A DNA stretch of 64,000 nucleotides from an uncultured Verrucomicrobiae bacterium (GTDB lineage Bacteria; Chlamydiota; Chlamydiia; Chlamydiales; Rhabdochlamydiaceae): contig OY970364.1 of the NCBI GenBank assembly GCA_963718565.1, positions 352,001-416,000 of the forward strand, in the 5' to 3' direction. Below the pieces are notes generated by a model, which had not been told where the DNA came from, did no database searches, and saw only the letters and a program-made list of their open reading frames with translations. The position numbers were made by a program, and so were the translations under genes. Of the stretch, positions 32,310-41,630 are shown piece by piece; within the stretch, counting starts at the first letter, position 1; every line of letters starts with the position of its first letter.

Positions 32310-32873
32310 AATCACCATCTTGTGAGAATACATGTCCTAATATTTTTGCTCGAAATGTGGCCTTCTCCTCCGGGATTAAGTTATCGTGATCCTTGCAATG
32401 AAATTTGTTGCTTATATTCTTGCTGTAACCATAATTAAAATTCCATGATAGCCAATTAAAGAATTCTTTAAAAAATTCTTTAAAAAATTGAAAGACATCA
32501 TCAAGAAAGTCTTTATATTCTAGTTGTTCAGGATGATAGTGATAAGTAGTGCCTGTGGGGATTATAGTTATCATAGTATGCTTATTTTATATTGCTTTAT
32601 AGATGAATTATATAATAATTCTTAATTGTTATAAACATTTTTTATTTGAGGGTATAGAAATGAATAAATGACTGATTATCAACATCTTATTGCTTCTAAG
32701 AGGCGCTTGCTTTCTTTATAATAAGTCTCTTATTCTCATAAACTAAGGTTGTTTCTGAAACATAATTAAAATAAATAAAAAATTCTTAAATTTATATTTG
32801 TTTTTTTCATATAATCACAGATATATTTAAAAAACTGATTTATAAAATAATATATTTTTAGTAATAAAATTTT

Positions 32874-33635
32874 ATGATTTCTTTAAATAATACCCAAGAT
32901 TTCGAAAAGTATTATGGATGGAATGTTGTCTCTCAAACACCTATTCAGCAAAATGGAAATACTTATTATGAAATCGAGTTTCAGAGCCCTTGGGGATATG
33001 GGAATTGTGTCATGGAAAGCCAGCAAAGTGTAGAAGAGTATCTCATTTCTCTTATAGAAAAGAGTAAGCCAATCGAAGAGCTCTATCAATTAGCAGTTGT
33101 AATAAATAATAAAGTTACAAAAAATAATATTCAGATAAAATTGGATCGTAATATAACATTTGTAGCCTATACTCTTTTGGAAAATGGGTCAATTTCTCTT
33201 AAGTTTGGCTACTCCTTGCATGTTCTTTTTATTTATTTAGTGTTTGAGCTTACAAATGTCACATCCATTGATGCTCTAAGAGAGTTGAATAATCCGAAAG
33301 TCGTGAACAATCTGGAAAAAGAAGAGTATGTTAAAACCCTTGAATCTCTAGAGTTTGATGGCATGCAAAAATGCATGACACTTTTTCGCCAGGCGATAGA
33401 AAACAGTGGATGGAGTCCTCAACTTTGTAATGGCATAAAAGTACTGTGCGATGCAGAGGTAAAGTATGGGCCTCATGCTCGTTTTAATTGGGAAGAGATA
33501 AAAAATAGTGCACATGCAAATTTTTACCGACGACAGTACGAGTTATTAAAGAAGCTTTCACATCAAGTCTTGGGAAGAGAATCTTCGCAGCTTCACCCAA
33601 GTTCTGTTGAAAAAGAGGCGCCGTCCCTAACTTGA
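32874..33635 (+). CDS. Hypothetical protein in AT-rich segment
   Basis: 253-aa ORF; LVFELTN...EEYVKTLESLEF acidic motif. Confidence 0.7.
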   Translation: MISLNNTQDFEKYYGWNVVSQTPIQQNGNTYYEIEFQSPWGYGNCVMESQQSVEEYLISLIEKSKPIEELYQLAVVINNKVTKNNIQIKLDRNITFVAYTLLENGSISLKFGYSLHVLFIYLVFELTNVTSIDALRELNNPKVVNNLEKEEYVKTLESLEFDGMQKCMTLFRQAIENSGWSPQLCNGIKVLCDAEVKYGPHARFNWEEIKNSAHANFYRRQYELLKKLSHQVLGRESSQLHPSSVEKEAPSLT

Positions 33636-33647
33636 TCAAGTGTCTGA

Positions 33648-33974
33648 TCAAAAACAGCTCAAAAAAAGGTCCACTTCATGGGAGGTGTCTTTGAGTGCGA
33701 TCAAAAAAGAGATGCGCTGCATTTGAGGAGCCATGACAGGAACCTCCGTTAAGTCAACGACCGCAGCTTTCAAATAGGAATCATGCGGGGTGATCTTGAA
33801 GTGATTTTTGCTGATATAATCAATCATGTCTTCTGCAATCTCTTCTAGCTGTTCTCGTGTGGGAGTGAATTGTTCATCTTTTTGCATTTTAGTGACTAAT
33901 GCATCGACGCGGCTTTTAAGCTTAAACGCCTCTTTAGTGTGTGGGGTCGGTTTTGGAGTTGGAAGGGCACCCAT
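33648..33974 (-). CDS. Hypothetical protein
   Basis: 108-aa ORF with AGGGAG RBS-like sequence upstream. Confidence 0.6.
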   Translation of the reverse strand: MGALPTPKPTPHTKEAFKLKSRVDALVTKMQKDEQFTPTREQLEEIAEDMIDYISKNHFKITPHDSYLKAAVVDLTEVPVMAPQMQRISFLIALKDTSHEVDLFLSCF

Positions 33975-34087
33975 AGTTCTCTCCCTAGTTTGTTTTCCTA
34001 TTTTTATTATTTTATTTTTTGATAATTAAATTCAAACAAAATTGGGATTCTACGTTTTAATTTTACTTATATTCAAGAAGATGAGAA

Positions 34088-34804
34088 TTATAGATATTGC
34101 TGAATTATGCTCAATGCGGAAAGGGAGGCTGTCTCAGCGCGGAGGGTGTTAGAATGAAGCCTCATTCCTTTGGCTTTGAGACAGTTCTGCAAAAATTCGC
34201 ATTCTTTGCTATGGAACCCGCTTTCGGGACCAATAAACAGAACAACGGGAGCGGGAAGGGGCAAAGCCAAATGCAGTTCCCAAAGGTATGGGGCATCCTC
34301 CTGGGCATCTCCAAACAGCGGGGTTCCGGAGATTGGGGCCCATTTCAAAAGAGGCGGTTTACATGCAATCTTAGGGAGATCCAGCCTTCCGCATTGCTTC
34401 ATTGCGGCGATGGAAAGGTGCGTAAGTCGTGCTGATTGCGCCTCAGATAATTGCTCTTTTTCGCTCAACATGCCAGGAAATAGCCAGAAAGCTGAGACCC
34501 CGAGTTCTGTCCCTTTTTCAATGATCCATTCGAGAAGGTTCATGCGGGGCAAAGCTTGAGCGAGGATGAGTGGAGTTTTTTGAGGGCTCCCTTCGCTGAT
34601 TTGAACCAGATGCAGTTTAGCCTCATCTTTTTTCAGTGCGATGAGATCGGCTTTAGCGAGCTGCCCTCGTCCATTGACCATCTCGACGCGATCCCCAGTT
34701 CTTGCGCGTGCAACACGCGACAGATGATGAAGTTCATCCCCTGCAAGGACAACGGTTGCATTTTCCTGGAACGGCTCATCGAGAAAATAGCGGTTATGAG
34801 GCAT
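34088..34804 (-). CDS. rsmE: 16S rRNA m3U1498 methyltransferase
   Basis: HHLSRVAR, EKGTELGV, AMKQCGR, IGPESGF, LRAETA. Confidence 0.93.
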   Translation of the reverse strand: MPHNRYFLDEPFQENATVVLAGDELHHLSRVARARTGDRVEMVNGRGQLAKADLIALKKDEAKLHLVQISEGSPQKTPLILAQALPRMNLLEWIIEKGTELGVSAFWLFPGMLSEKEQLSEAQSARLTHLSIAAMKQCGRLDLPKIACKPPLLKWAPISGTPLFGDAQEDAPYLWELHLALPLPAPVVLFIGPESGFHSKECEFLQNCLKAKGMRLHSNTLRAETASLSALSIIQQYL

Positions 34805-36059
34805 GGCGCAAGACCGCTTTCTTTAAAACTTCAGCAAAAAGGGTTCCCTTGGCTACATTAGCTTCCCTGTATAACTCCTCTAAAGAGATCACTTGAAAAG
34901 CGGCAAGTTTTTTGAAATGGGGTCCCACTTTTTTCGAGGAAGAAAGATTGAATACAAGCTTAAACCGATAATCCCTTTTTAACAGCTCGCTCTCCTGCGA
35001 ATAGGGGGTAATGTCTGCGTCTTCCAGATGGACGTCTTTCACAAAATCCTGGGGTGCATAAACGGTGATAAATTCGAGAGGATAGATTTCACGGAAAGTA
35101 GAAAGGGCGCAAAGAAGCGGCTGAATCATTTGCTCTTCGGAAGGTAGAATGACGAGGATTGCCTCATAACGAAATTTCTCTTTAAGTTTTTCCGGAGTTT
35201 GCTGCTTCCAGCGATTATGCGACCAGAGCCATTGTCCAGGCTCTTCTTTAATGCTCGCTTCAAGATAAGCAAGAGCGGCTTTCATCAAACGATCGATCTC
35301 TTGATCCAGGGGTGCTTCCTGATTAGGCCAGATGGGGTCGGAGTAATGCGTATAGTATTTGCCATCCCTTCTTCGAGTAGTGGCCACCATGATCGGCGAC
35401 CCTGTTCGATGCGAAAGAATAGCGGGGATAGGAGACGTCCAAGCTTTTCTCCCAAAAAAAGGACTGGAATACCCGCTGTTCGGCATTCCTTGATCGCCGA
35501 CAATGCCCAAAAATGCTCCCTTTTTTAGGCCTCTCAACCCTTCGCGGATTGCATTGTGCGGAGCGATGATTTTCCCCCCATATTTCTGACGGATGGAGAG
35601 CACCCAGTTGTAGAGATTGATATTTTTGATAGGGCGGCCAATAGCAACTCCTGGCATTCGGCGTGTTCCTTCGAGAAATAAGACTTCCCAGTTAGATTGA
35701 TGGCCGCAGAAAAAGATCACCGGTTTATTGTCTTTCATGAATTGATCCGCAGGCTTAGGGTTGATGCAAGTGGCAACCCGGTGAATCTCCTTTTCCGAAG
35801 AAAGTTTAGCGTACTCAAGACAGGTGATCACCAAATTATGAAGAGAAGCTTTTGCGAATTTCTGAATCTGTTCTTCAGTCAATTGCAGGGAAGAAGCGAG
35901 TGCAAGATTGCTCAAAGCTCGTTTGCGGAATTTAGGAATGCAATAATAGGCGCAAGTCCCCAAAAGCATCCCTAAGCGATGAATTGCCGAGTAGGGGAGA
36001 TAGCGGAGAGGCCAGGTCAAAACAAGGACGGAAATGAAAAAAAATTTATGCAGCATCAT
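34794..36059 (-). CDS. lpxL: Lipid A late acyltransferase (HtrB/LpxL) with C-terminal extension
   Basis: GHQSNWE, GIVGDQ, PFFG, PGQWLWSHNRWK. Confidence 0.85.
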   Translation of the reverse strand: MMLHKFFFISVLVLTWPLRYLPYSAIHRLGMLLGTCAYYCIPKFRKRALSNLALASSLQLTEEQIQKFAKASLHNLVITCLEYAKLSSEKEIHRVATCINPKPADQFMKDNKPVIFFCGHQSNWEVLFLEGTRRMPGVAIGRPIKNINLYNWVLSIRQKYGGKIIAPHNAIREGLRGLKKGAFLGIVGDQGMPNSGYSSPFFGRKAWTSPIPAILSHRTGSPIMVATTRRRDGKYYTHYSDPIWPNQEAPLDQEIDRLMKAALAYLEASIKEEPGQWLWSHNRWKQQTPEKLKEKFRYEAILVILPSEEQMIQPLLCALSTFREIYPLEFITVYAPQDFVKDVHLEDADITPYSQESELLKRDYRFKLVFNLSSSKKVGPHFKKLAAFQVISLEELYREANVAKGTLFAEVLKKAVLRHAS

Positions 36060-36111
36060 GCAATCATGATACCAGGAATCACGATTGTTTTCGAAGCTGC
36101 TGAAATTTTCT

Positions 36112-36300
36112 TTAAGCTTCTGGAGTCCCTATTTTTAACAATTCAGCGATCTCTTGAAAAAAAATGTCCGAGGCAGCTAAGCCTGATAAAATTTCAAAGA
36201 ATACATCTAGGGATACATTTGAGGTGGTTAGAGGATAGACCTGTAGTACAGCAACGACAGGATTTGAATCGATTGTTTTAAGACTTAGACTGGTGGTCAT
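36112..36300 (-). pseudogene. Relic of an F-box paralogue
   Basis: N-terminal about 45 aa and upstream DNA near-identical to 37590-37830. Confidence 0.8.
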
Positions 36301-36517
36301 AATTTAAACATAATACTTAAAGTTTTTATTTTTATAAATGATTGTTTTTAAAAAAGCAAACTGTTTAAAGATAATTGTATTTTAATTAAGAAATAAATTC
36401 AACATTAAAATGTTGTAATCTCTCAAAATAACACAATATAATAAAAATTATTTTAAAAATGTGAAAGTCATAAAATTGTATCAATTCCCTCTAAGGTCCA
36501 GTCATACTGGATTCGTA

Positions 36518-37726
36518 CTAGGATTTTATTATAAAGTCCCGGACTTCGATGGTGCCATCATAAAGACCAGCAAGCAATTTCCCGCCAGCAAAGGCAAGGG
36601 AGAAGGCAGGACTAAAACCTGATTTTCCATCTCGATCTCGAGGAAGAGTTACGCATTTACCTGTTTGTATATCCCAGATCTTGATCGTGCCGTCCCAAGA
36701 GCTTGAAAAGAGTTTCTCGGCGCCGGCAAAAGCAAAGGAGAGAAAAGCAAGGGAGAGAATGGATCCTGCATGCCCTTCAAGAGTGGCTTTGCACTGACCT
36801 GTTTGTGTATCCCAGACCTTGATTGTTTTGTCCTTAGAGCCTGAACAGAGTGTGCTGTCAACAACGGTAAGGCAGCACACGTGGTCTGTATGTCCTCGAA
36901 GAGTGGCTATGCACTGACCTGTTTGTATATCCCAGGCTTTGATTGTTTTGTCCTGAGAGCCTGAGTAGAGTGTTTTGCCAACGAGGGCAAGACAAAGAAC
37001 TGGCTCTAAATGCCCTTCAAGAGTGGTTATGCACTGACCCGTTGGTATATCCCAGACCTTGATTGTGTTGTCCCAAGAACTTGAATAGAGCTTGTCAGCA
37101 ATAACGACGAGGCGGGAAACGGAGCCTTTATGCCCTTCAAGAATGGCTATGCATTGACCTGTTTGTATATCCCAGACCTTGATTGCGTGGTCCCGAGAGC
37201 CTGAATAGAGTGTCTTGTCACCAGCGAGGGCGAGGCAAACGACTGGCTCTATATTTTGAAGAGTGCCTCTGCACTCACCTGTTTTTACATCCCAGATGTT
37301 GATTGTTTTGTCCCAAGAGCCTGAACAGAGTGTATTACCAGTAGTAGTAATGGCGAGGGAGGAAACTCCGCTCTCATGTTTACGGAAAGTCTTCAAAACA
37401 TACTTCCCTTCTCTAAGATTTAAATAAAAAGTTTCGTAGGTGCTCCTAAACTCTTTATCTTTAATAGTTCTGGGATCCACAGTTGAAAAATCCTTTTCAA
37501 ACAATGTGCGCCAAAGATAAGTGAGCCGAAAACAATCCTCATTATTTAGCATCAAGTTCCAGGATTTACAGACAAATCCACATTTGACAATGCCCGAGGC
37601 AGCTAAGTATGATAAAATTTTAAAGAATACATCTAGGGGTACATTTGAGGTGGTTAGAGGATAGACCTGTGGTACAGCAACGACAGGATTTGAATGATTT
37701 TTTTCAGAACTTGTAGTGATGGCCAT
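36518..37726 (-). CDS. F-box and WD40-repeat protein (eukaryote-like effector)
   Basis: VPLDVFFKILSYL...VCKSW F-box; about 7 repeats GH...SGSxDxTIKVWD (120-bp units). Confidence 0.92.
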   Translation of the reverse strand: MAITTSSEKNHSNPVVAVPQVYPLTTSNVPLDVFFKILSYLAASGIVKCGFVCKSWNLMLNNEDCFRLTYLWRTLFEKDFSTVDPRTIKDKEFRSTYETFYLNLREGKYVLKTFRKHESGVSSLAITTTGNTLCSGSWDKTINIWDVKTGECRGTLQNIEPVVCLALAGDKTLYSGSRDHAIKVWDIQTGQCIAILEGHKGSVSRLVVIADKLYSSSWDNTIKVWDIPTGQCITTLEGHLEPVLCLALVGKTLYSGSQDKTIKAWDIQTGQCIATLRGHTDHVCCLTVVDSTLCSGSKDKTIKVWDTQTGQCKATLEGHAGSILSLAFLSFAFAGAEKLFSSSWDGTIKIWDIQTGKCVTLPRDRDGKSGFSPAFSLAFAGGKLLAGLYDGTIEVRDFIIKS

Positions 37727-38067
37727 AATTTAAACCTAATATTTAAAGTCTTTTATTTTGTAGATGATTGTTTTTAAAAAGAAAATCGTTTAAAGATAAT
37801 TATATTTTAAATAAAAAATAAATTCAACATTAAACGCATTAAAATGCCGTATTCCCTCTAATGGCAGAGTTAATCGTGGATAAGGATCATAATGTAAACC
37901 TAATATTGAAAGTTTTTATTGCAATTTTATAAATGTTTGTTTTTTAAAAAACAAATCGTTTAAATATGATTATATTTTAAATAAAAAATAAATTCAACAT
38001 TAAAGTCGTATTCCCCTCCAAATAACACAATATAATAAAAATTATTTGAAAAATGGGGTTATTTGAT

Positions 38068-38158
38068 GAGGGAATTGCAAAACTCCTCGCCAGCAGAAAA
38101 TCGATTTGGCAAAGTCGCAGCTTGTCAAAATTCGCCAAACCTAACCGCGCGCCGTATA
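38068..38158. repeat. Chimeric MITE (family B arm joined to family A arm)
   Basis: GAGGGAATTGCAAAACTCCTCGCCAGCAGAAAATCGAT joined to TTGGCAAAGTCGCAGC...CGCGCGCCGTATA. Confidence 0.85.
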
Positions 38159-39303
38159 ATCGTGGATGCGGTGATGGATCTTATCTGATTGGAAAAATCG
38201 AGGTGTTTAACGGTTTGTCGTATCAAACTGGCACTCTTTGCTGTTTTGCGAAAGTTGAGCGCTGCTCTTAACACCTGAGAAAAAGAAACGGGATCGTCTA
38301 AAGATTCAATCACCGCCCCATTCTCCTGATTAAGGATTTCATGGCCCCCATTCGATGTTGAGGAAATCGTAAACAACCCCATCGCTAGAGCTTCTACTGT
38401 GACATTGGCAAAAGGATCATAGAGAGAAGGGATAATGAGGCAGTCGGCCATTTGATAAAAGCGCGCTGTCTGTTTTTGTGGACCGAAGAAAAAGACTTTT
38501 TGCGCAAGTCCTAATCGCTGAGAGAGCGCTTCAAAATAGGGGATGTTTTTATCTTTGCCGATCACACTGAGTTGGAAACGTTCATTTTTGATGGGGGCGA
38601 GTGCAAAAAGAAGTTTTTCCAGCCCTTTACGAAGAAAATTATGACCGACAAAGATCCATTGAAAAGCATTAGGATCTAACTTGAGCTCTTGAAGCGTTTT
38701 TTCTTTTTGAGATTCCCAGTGATCAAAAGCTTCTTGCATGGCATGCCATTCGACCCCGTTATGGACGACTTGAATTTTGTTTGGATCTGTACGATAGAAC
38801 CTTAGAATTTCCTGTTTGACCATGAAAGAATTGGTGAAAAGAACTTTTAAATTGGGATGTTCAAATCCTTTTTTTTCCAAAGAGAGGAGGGTTCGATGTA
38901 GGGGATTAATGGCAAAACTTAAACTTTTGGCAAAACCCTCTTCTTTCGAGCGGCGTGATAGATAGGCTGCGTGGGCGCCGTTGCCAGCGCGAATATGTGT
39001 TTGGAAGCGGTTGCGATCGAGTCCGAAAATGATTGGCGAGGGGTTCTTTGCCAGATATTCTGCGCAGGCTTTGTCAAAATGAACGACGTTCAAAACACTA
39101 AACAGATGATCGATAGGAAATGCGACCATCTTTAACTGGGGATGGGAAAAGGGCGTCTGCACAGATCCGCTGGTCAGTAGTGTGACATCACAGCCTTGGG
39201 CACAGAAATCGCGAGCGATTTCCCACGTGTATTTCTCTAACCCGCCTTGCTTAAAGAGTTCTGCTTTAATGAGTGTGACTGCAGGTTTATTTTTGCTGTT
39301 CAT
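38125..39303 (-). CDS. Glycosyltransferase family 4 (WaaG/RfaG-like)
   Basis: GGLEKY, RKGL, PSLYDPFANVTVEALAMG. Confidence 0.9.
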   Translation of the reverse strand: MNSKNKPAVTLIKAELFKQGGLEKYTWEIARDFCAQGCDVTLLTSGSVQTPFSHPQLKMVAFPIDHLFSVLNVVHFDKACAEYLAKNPSPIIFGLDRNRFQTHIRAGNGAHAAYLSRRSKEEGFAKSLSFAINPLHRTLLSLEKKGFEHPNLKVLFTNSFMVKQEILRFYRTDPNKIQVVHNGVEWHAMQEAFDHWESQKEKTLQELKLDPNAFQWIFVGHNFLRKGLEKLLFALAPIKNERFQLSVIGKDKNIPYFEALSQRLGLAQKVFFFGPQKQTARFYQMADCLIIPSLYDPFANVTVEALAMGLFTISSTSNGGHEILNQENGAVIESLDDPVSFSQVLRAALNFRKTAKSASLIRQTVKHLDFSNQIRSITASTIIRRAVRFGEF

Positions 39304-40579
39304 TTCTGCTAGATGGACTTTCTGTCAATGGAGCAGCTTCTTCGACTAAGATGTGATGATCTTTAATATGGATCGCCAATTCAAACTTGCTGTCATCAGA
39401 ACGAAACAGTTGAAAGCGGTTCATATAACTTCTGAATCGGTTGCGAAGATATTCCTCTCGCAAAGTTGGCTGAAGGACGCGTATATCGCGGTCAGAAACG
39501 TCGGACATTAATCTCGCAACGTATTTGTCTTCGAGCTGCCTTGGGTTGATAAATTGTACGCTCCAATCGAGGGTCTGACGGTCAGTTTTTTGTTCAGCGA
39601 TGACGACGATTTCGATCATATCTCTAACGGTGTGCAAAAAGAGATTGTCTACCCCATTGGCATAAAGGGGGAATGTGATGAGCGGCGCTCCCTGATTGAA
39701 ATGGACGAGATTATTCGGAGCGATCGAGACGTTTTGAGGGTTGAGGTTTTTTAAATTGTCAGGAGGAAAAAAGAGGGAAAGCTGGATAGGTGCCTCGACG
39801 GGGAGGAGATTGCAGCGAATAAAGTCGATCCGCAAGGCTTTGGCTTTAGGATCATCAATTTCTATTGGAGAATCGGAAAGGATGGGAATATTGATTTGTT
39901 TCCATGGATCAGGAACGAAGAAACTGACAACTTCAGAATTTTCGGACTTAGCCGAAAGTTCGTCCATTTGTGCTTTAGAGATGTCGTTCAAATTGAAAGT
40001 GATTCTTTGTTCTTTCGCTTTAAGCCGCTTGATGACCTCTTCTGGACCGCTTGCCGTCAGAGTCAAACGGTACGGCCATACATCGAGAAATTGATAGCCG
40101 CGGGGTGCCTCGCCGATAGGCTGTGTAATGACAATGGAGATTTGATCCGTCACGAGTTTGGTCATGCGGACGACGAAATTCGAGTGATAGACACGCGAAA
40201 TCCCATTGCTGATATCAATTTCAGGGTTGACCGAGAGCAAATTTTTCTTGCTCACAGTGACGATCCACTCATCAGGTTTGTCAGAGGCGTCGACGACGAT
40301 CTCCAAATCAGAAGGTGTTAATTCATCGATCAACGCCTTATTGCCGACAACTGTCAGCGTCAGTTTCTTTGCAAGCCGCCCATTTGCTTGCATCCCTTCC
40401 ACTGTTTTCCCAGGTGGCAAATGGACAATGCGTACAGGGACATTACTAATATTTCTTGTCGCGGTTAGAGTGTGATTGACGACCAGCCAAATAATCACGG
40501 CCAAAATGATAGAAACTAATTTACGGGGCCAGTGCTCAATGAATAGTTTATAGAGTAAAGTTTTCATGTCTTCAGCCAC
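39287..40579 (-). CDS. ybbR: YbbR/CdaR-like diadenylate cyclase regulator
   Basis: N-terminal TM (KLVSIILAVIIWLVV); directly downstream of dacA. Confidence 0.8.
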   Translation of the reverse strand: MAEDMKTLLYKLFIEHWPRKLVSIILAVIIWLVVNHTLTATRNISNVPVRIVHLPPGKTVEGMQANGRLAKKLTLTVVGNKALIDELTPSDLEIVVDASDKPDEWIVTVSKKNLLSVNPEIDISNGISRVYHSNFVVRMTKLVTDQISIVITQPIGEAPRGYQFLDVWPYRLTLTASGPEEVIKRLKAKEQRITFNLNDISKAQMDELSAKSENSEVVSFFVPDPWKQINIPILSDSPIEIDDPKAKALRIDFIRCNLLPVEAPIQLSLFFPPDNLKNLNPQNVSIAPNNLVHFNQGAPLITFPLYANGVDNLFLHTVRDMIEIVVIAEQKTDRQTLDWSVQFINPRQLEDKYVARLMSDVSDRDIRVLQPTLREEYLRNRFRSYMNRFQLFRSDDSKFELAIHIKDHHILVEEAAPLTESPSSRNEQQK

Positions 40580-41364
40580 TCACGCAAATTAAATTGACTT
40601 TTGAAATCGGTTTTTTGAGGTGAGGTAAAGATGCTGCGGATAATGCCTTTGAACCGATCGATTTTGACACCTGGGGTCATGACTCCATCTCGTGCAAGAG
40701 AGACTTTTCCCATTTCTTCGGAGATCACAATGATCATGGCATCCGTCATTTGGCTAGCTCCGAGGCCTGCGCGGTGGCGCGTCCCCATCGAACGCGTCAA
40801 TTGGGAGCCATCTTCGGCAAGAGGCAAGATGACCGCCGCTGCCACGATCGTCATATCACGGATGATCACAGCCCCATCGTGTAAAGGCGTGGTCGTCGCA
40901 AAAATCGATTCGAGGAGCTCCGAGGAAAAATTAGCGTTGAGAATGACTGCCTTGTTGGCAAATTCATCCAAAGAATCTTCATGTTGCAGCACGATTAAAG
41001 CGCCAATGCGTTTTTCAGCGAGGCGGTATGTGGAATTTGCAAGTTGATCTAAAAATTTATCGAACTCGGTGAGTTCTTTATAACGGCGGCCTTTAAGGCT
41101 AAGCTTAGACAGGGCAACCCGAAGCTCTGGCTGAAAGATAATCAGGATCGCAATGACCGCAACGTTTCCGATCAATACCATGATCTTGTGGAGGATGGGC
41201 AAATTTAGCCATGAAGAAATGGCAAAGATCAAAAGAAAAGCGAGCAACCCCAGAACAAGGTCCATCGAGCGGGTATTCCAGAAGAAGGAAAGCAAATAAT
41301 TGAGCAGCACCGAAATGATGATGATTTCAATAAAAGGAGTAAAGCCATGGAATAGCGGACTCAT
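40564..41364 (-). CDS. dacA: Diadenylate cyclase CdaA/DacA
   Basis: 3 TM helices, IFQPELR, PLHDGA, GTRHRA. Confidence 0.95.
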   Translation of the reverse strand: MSPLFHGFTPFIEIIIISVLLNYLLSFFWNTRSMDLVLGLLAFLLIFAISSWLNLPILHKIMVLIGNVAVIAILIIFQPELRVALSKLSLKGRRYKELTEFDKFLDQLANSTYRLAEKRIGALIVLQHEDSLDEFANKAVILNANFSSELLESIFATTTPLHDGAVIIRDMTIVAAAVILPLAEDGSQLTRSMGTRHRAGLGASQMTDAMIIVISEEMGKVSLARDGVMTPGVKIDRFKGIIRSIFTSPQKTDFKSQFNLREWLKT

Positions 41365-41630
41365 TTCTTCATTAACCCTTAAGGAGTGTGTTTGGAGGGA
41401 ATTGCAAGGCTGTTCTGCAAATCTTTAAGTTCATAATGTACCAAATTTCTCTATGAATCACAATTTGAAAATCAAGCCTTCTGACAAACGGGACTTTAGC
41501 TAGACATCAAAAAATAAATTTGAAAGATAAAGTGTACATCATGCCTCAAAAGAAATTTACCGAAGGAGAATTTTTTTCTCTGTGGTCTTCGTGTTCCCGA
41601 GCTTGCGAAGCGGGTGGTTAAATATCTTCA

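Larger units (their letters stand above)
30026..32574 (-). pseudogene. About 420-aa protease-like effector gene interrupted by ISAs1, and by IS3 just before its stop
   Basis: Frame rejoins across the 10-bp duplication (...HVFSQDGD|YKISK...); last codons and stop at 26287-26299. Confidence 0.85.

Noticed and set aside
34794..35160. C-terminal extension on LpxL as a new fusion
   Set aside because: Chlamydial HtrB/LpxL proteins are generally longer than enterobacterial ones, so this is probably normal for the lineage.
36660..37330. 120-bp periodic repeats as a CRISPR or DGR element
   Set aside because: They encode WD40 repeats; there is no reverse transcriptase and no adenine-specific template/variable pair was evident.
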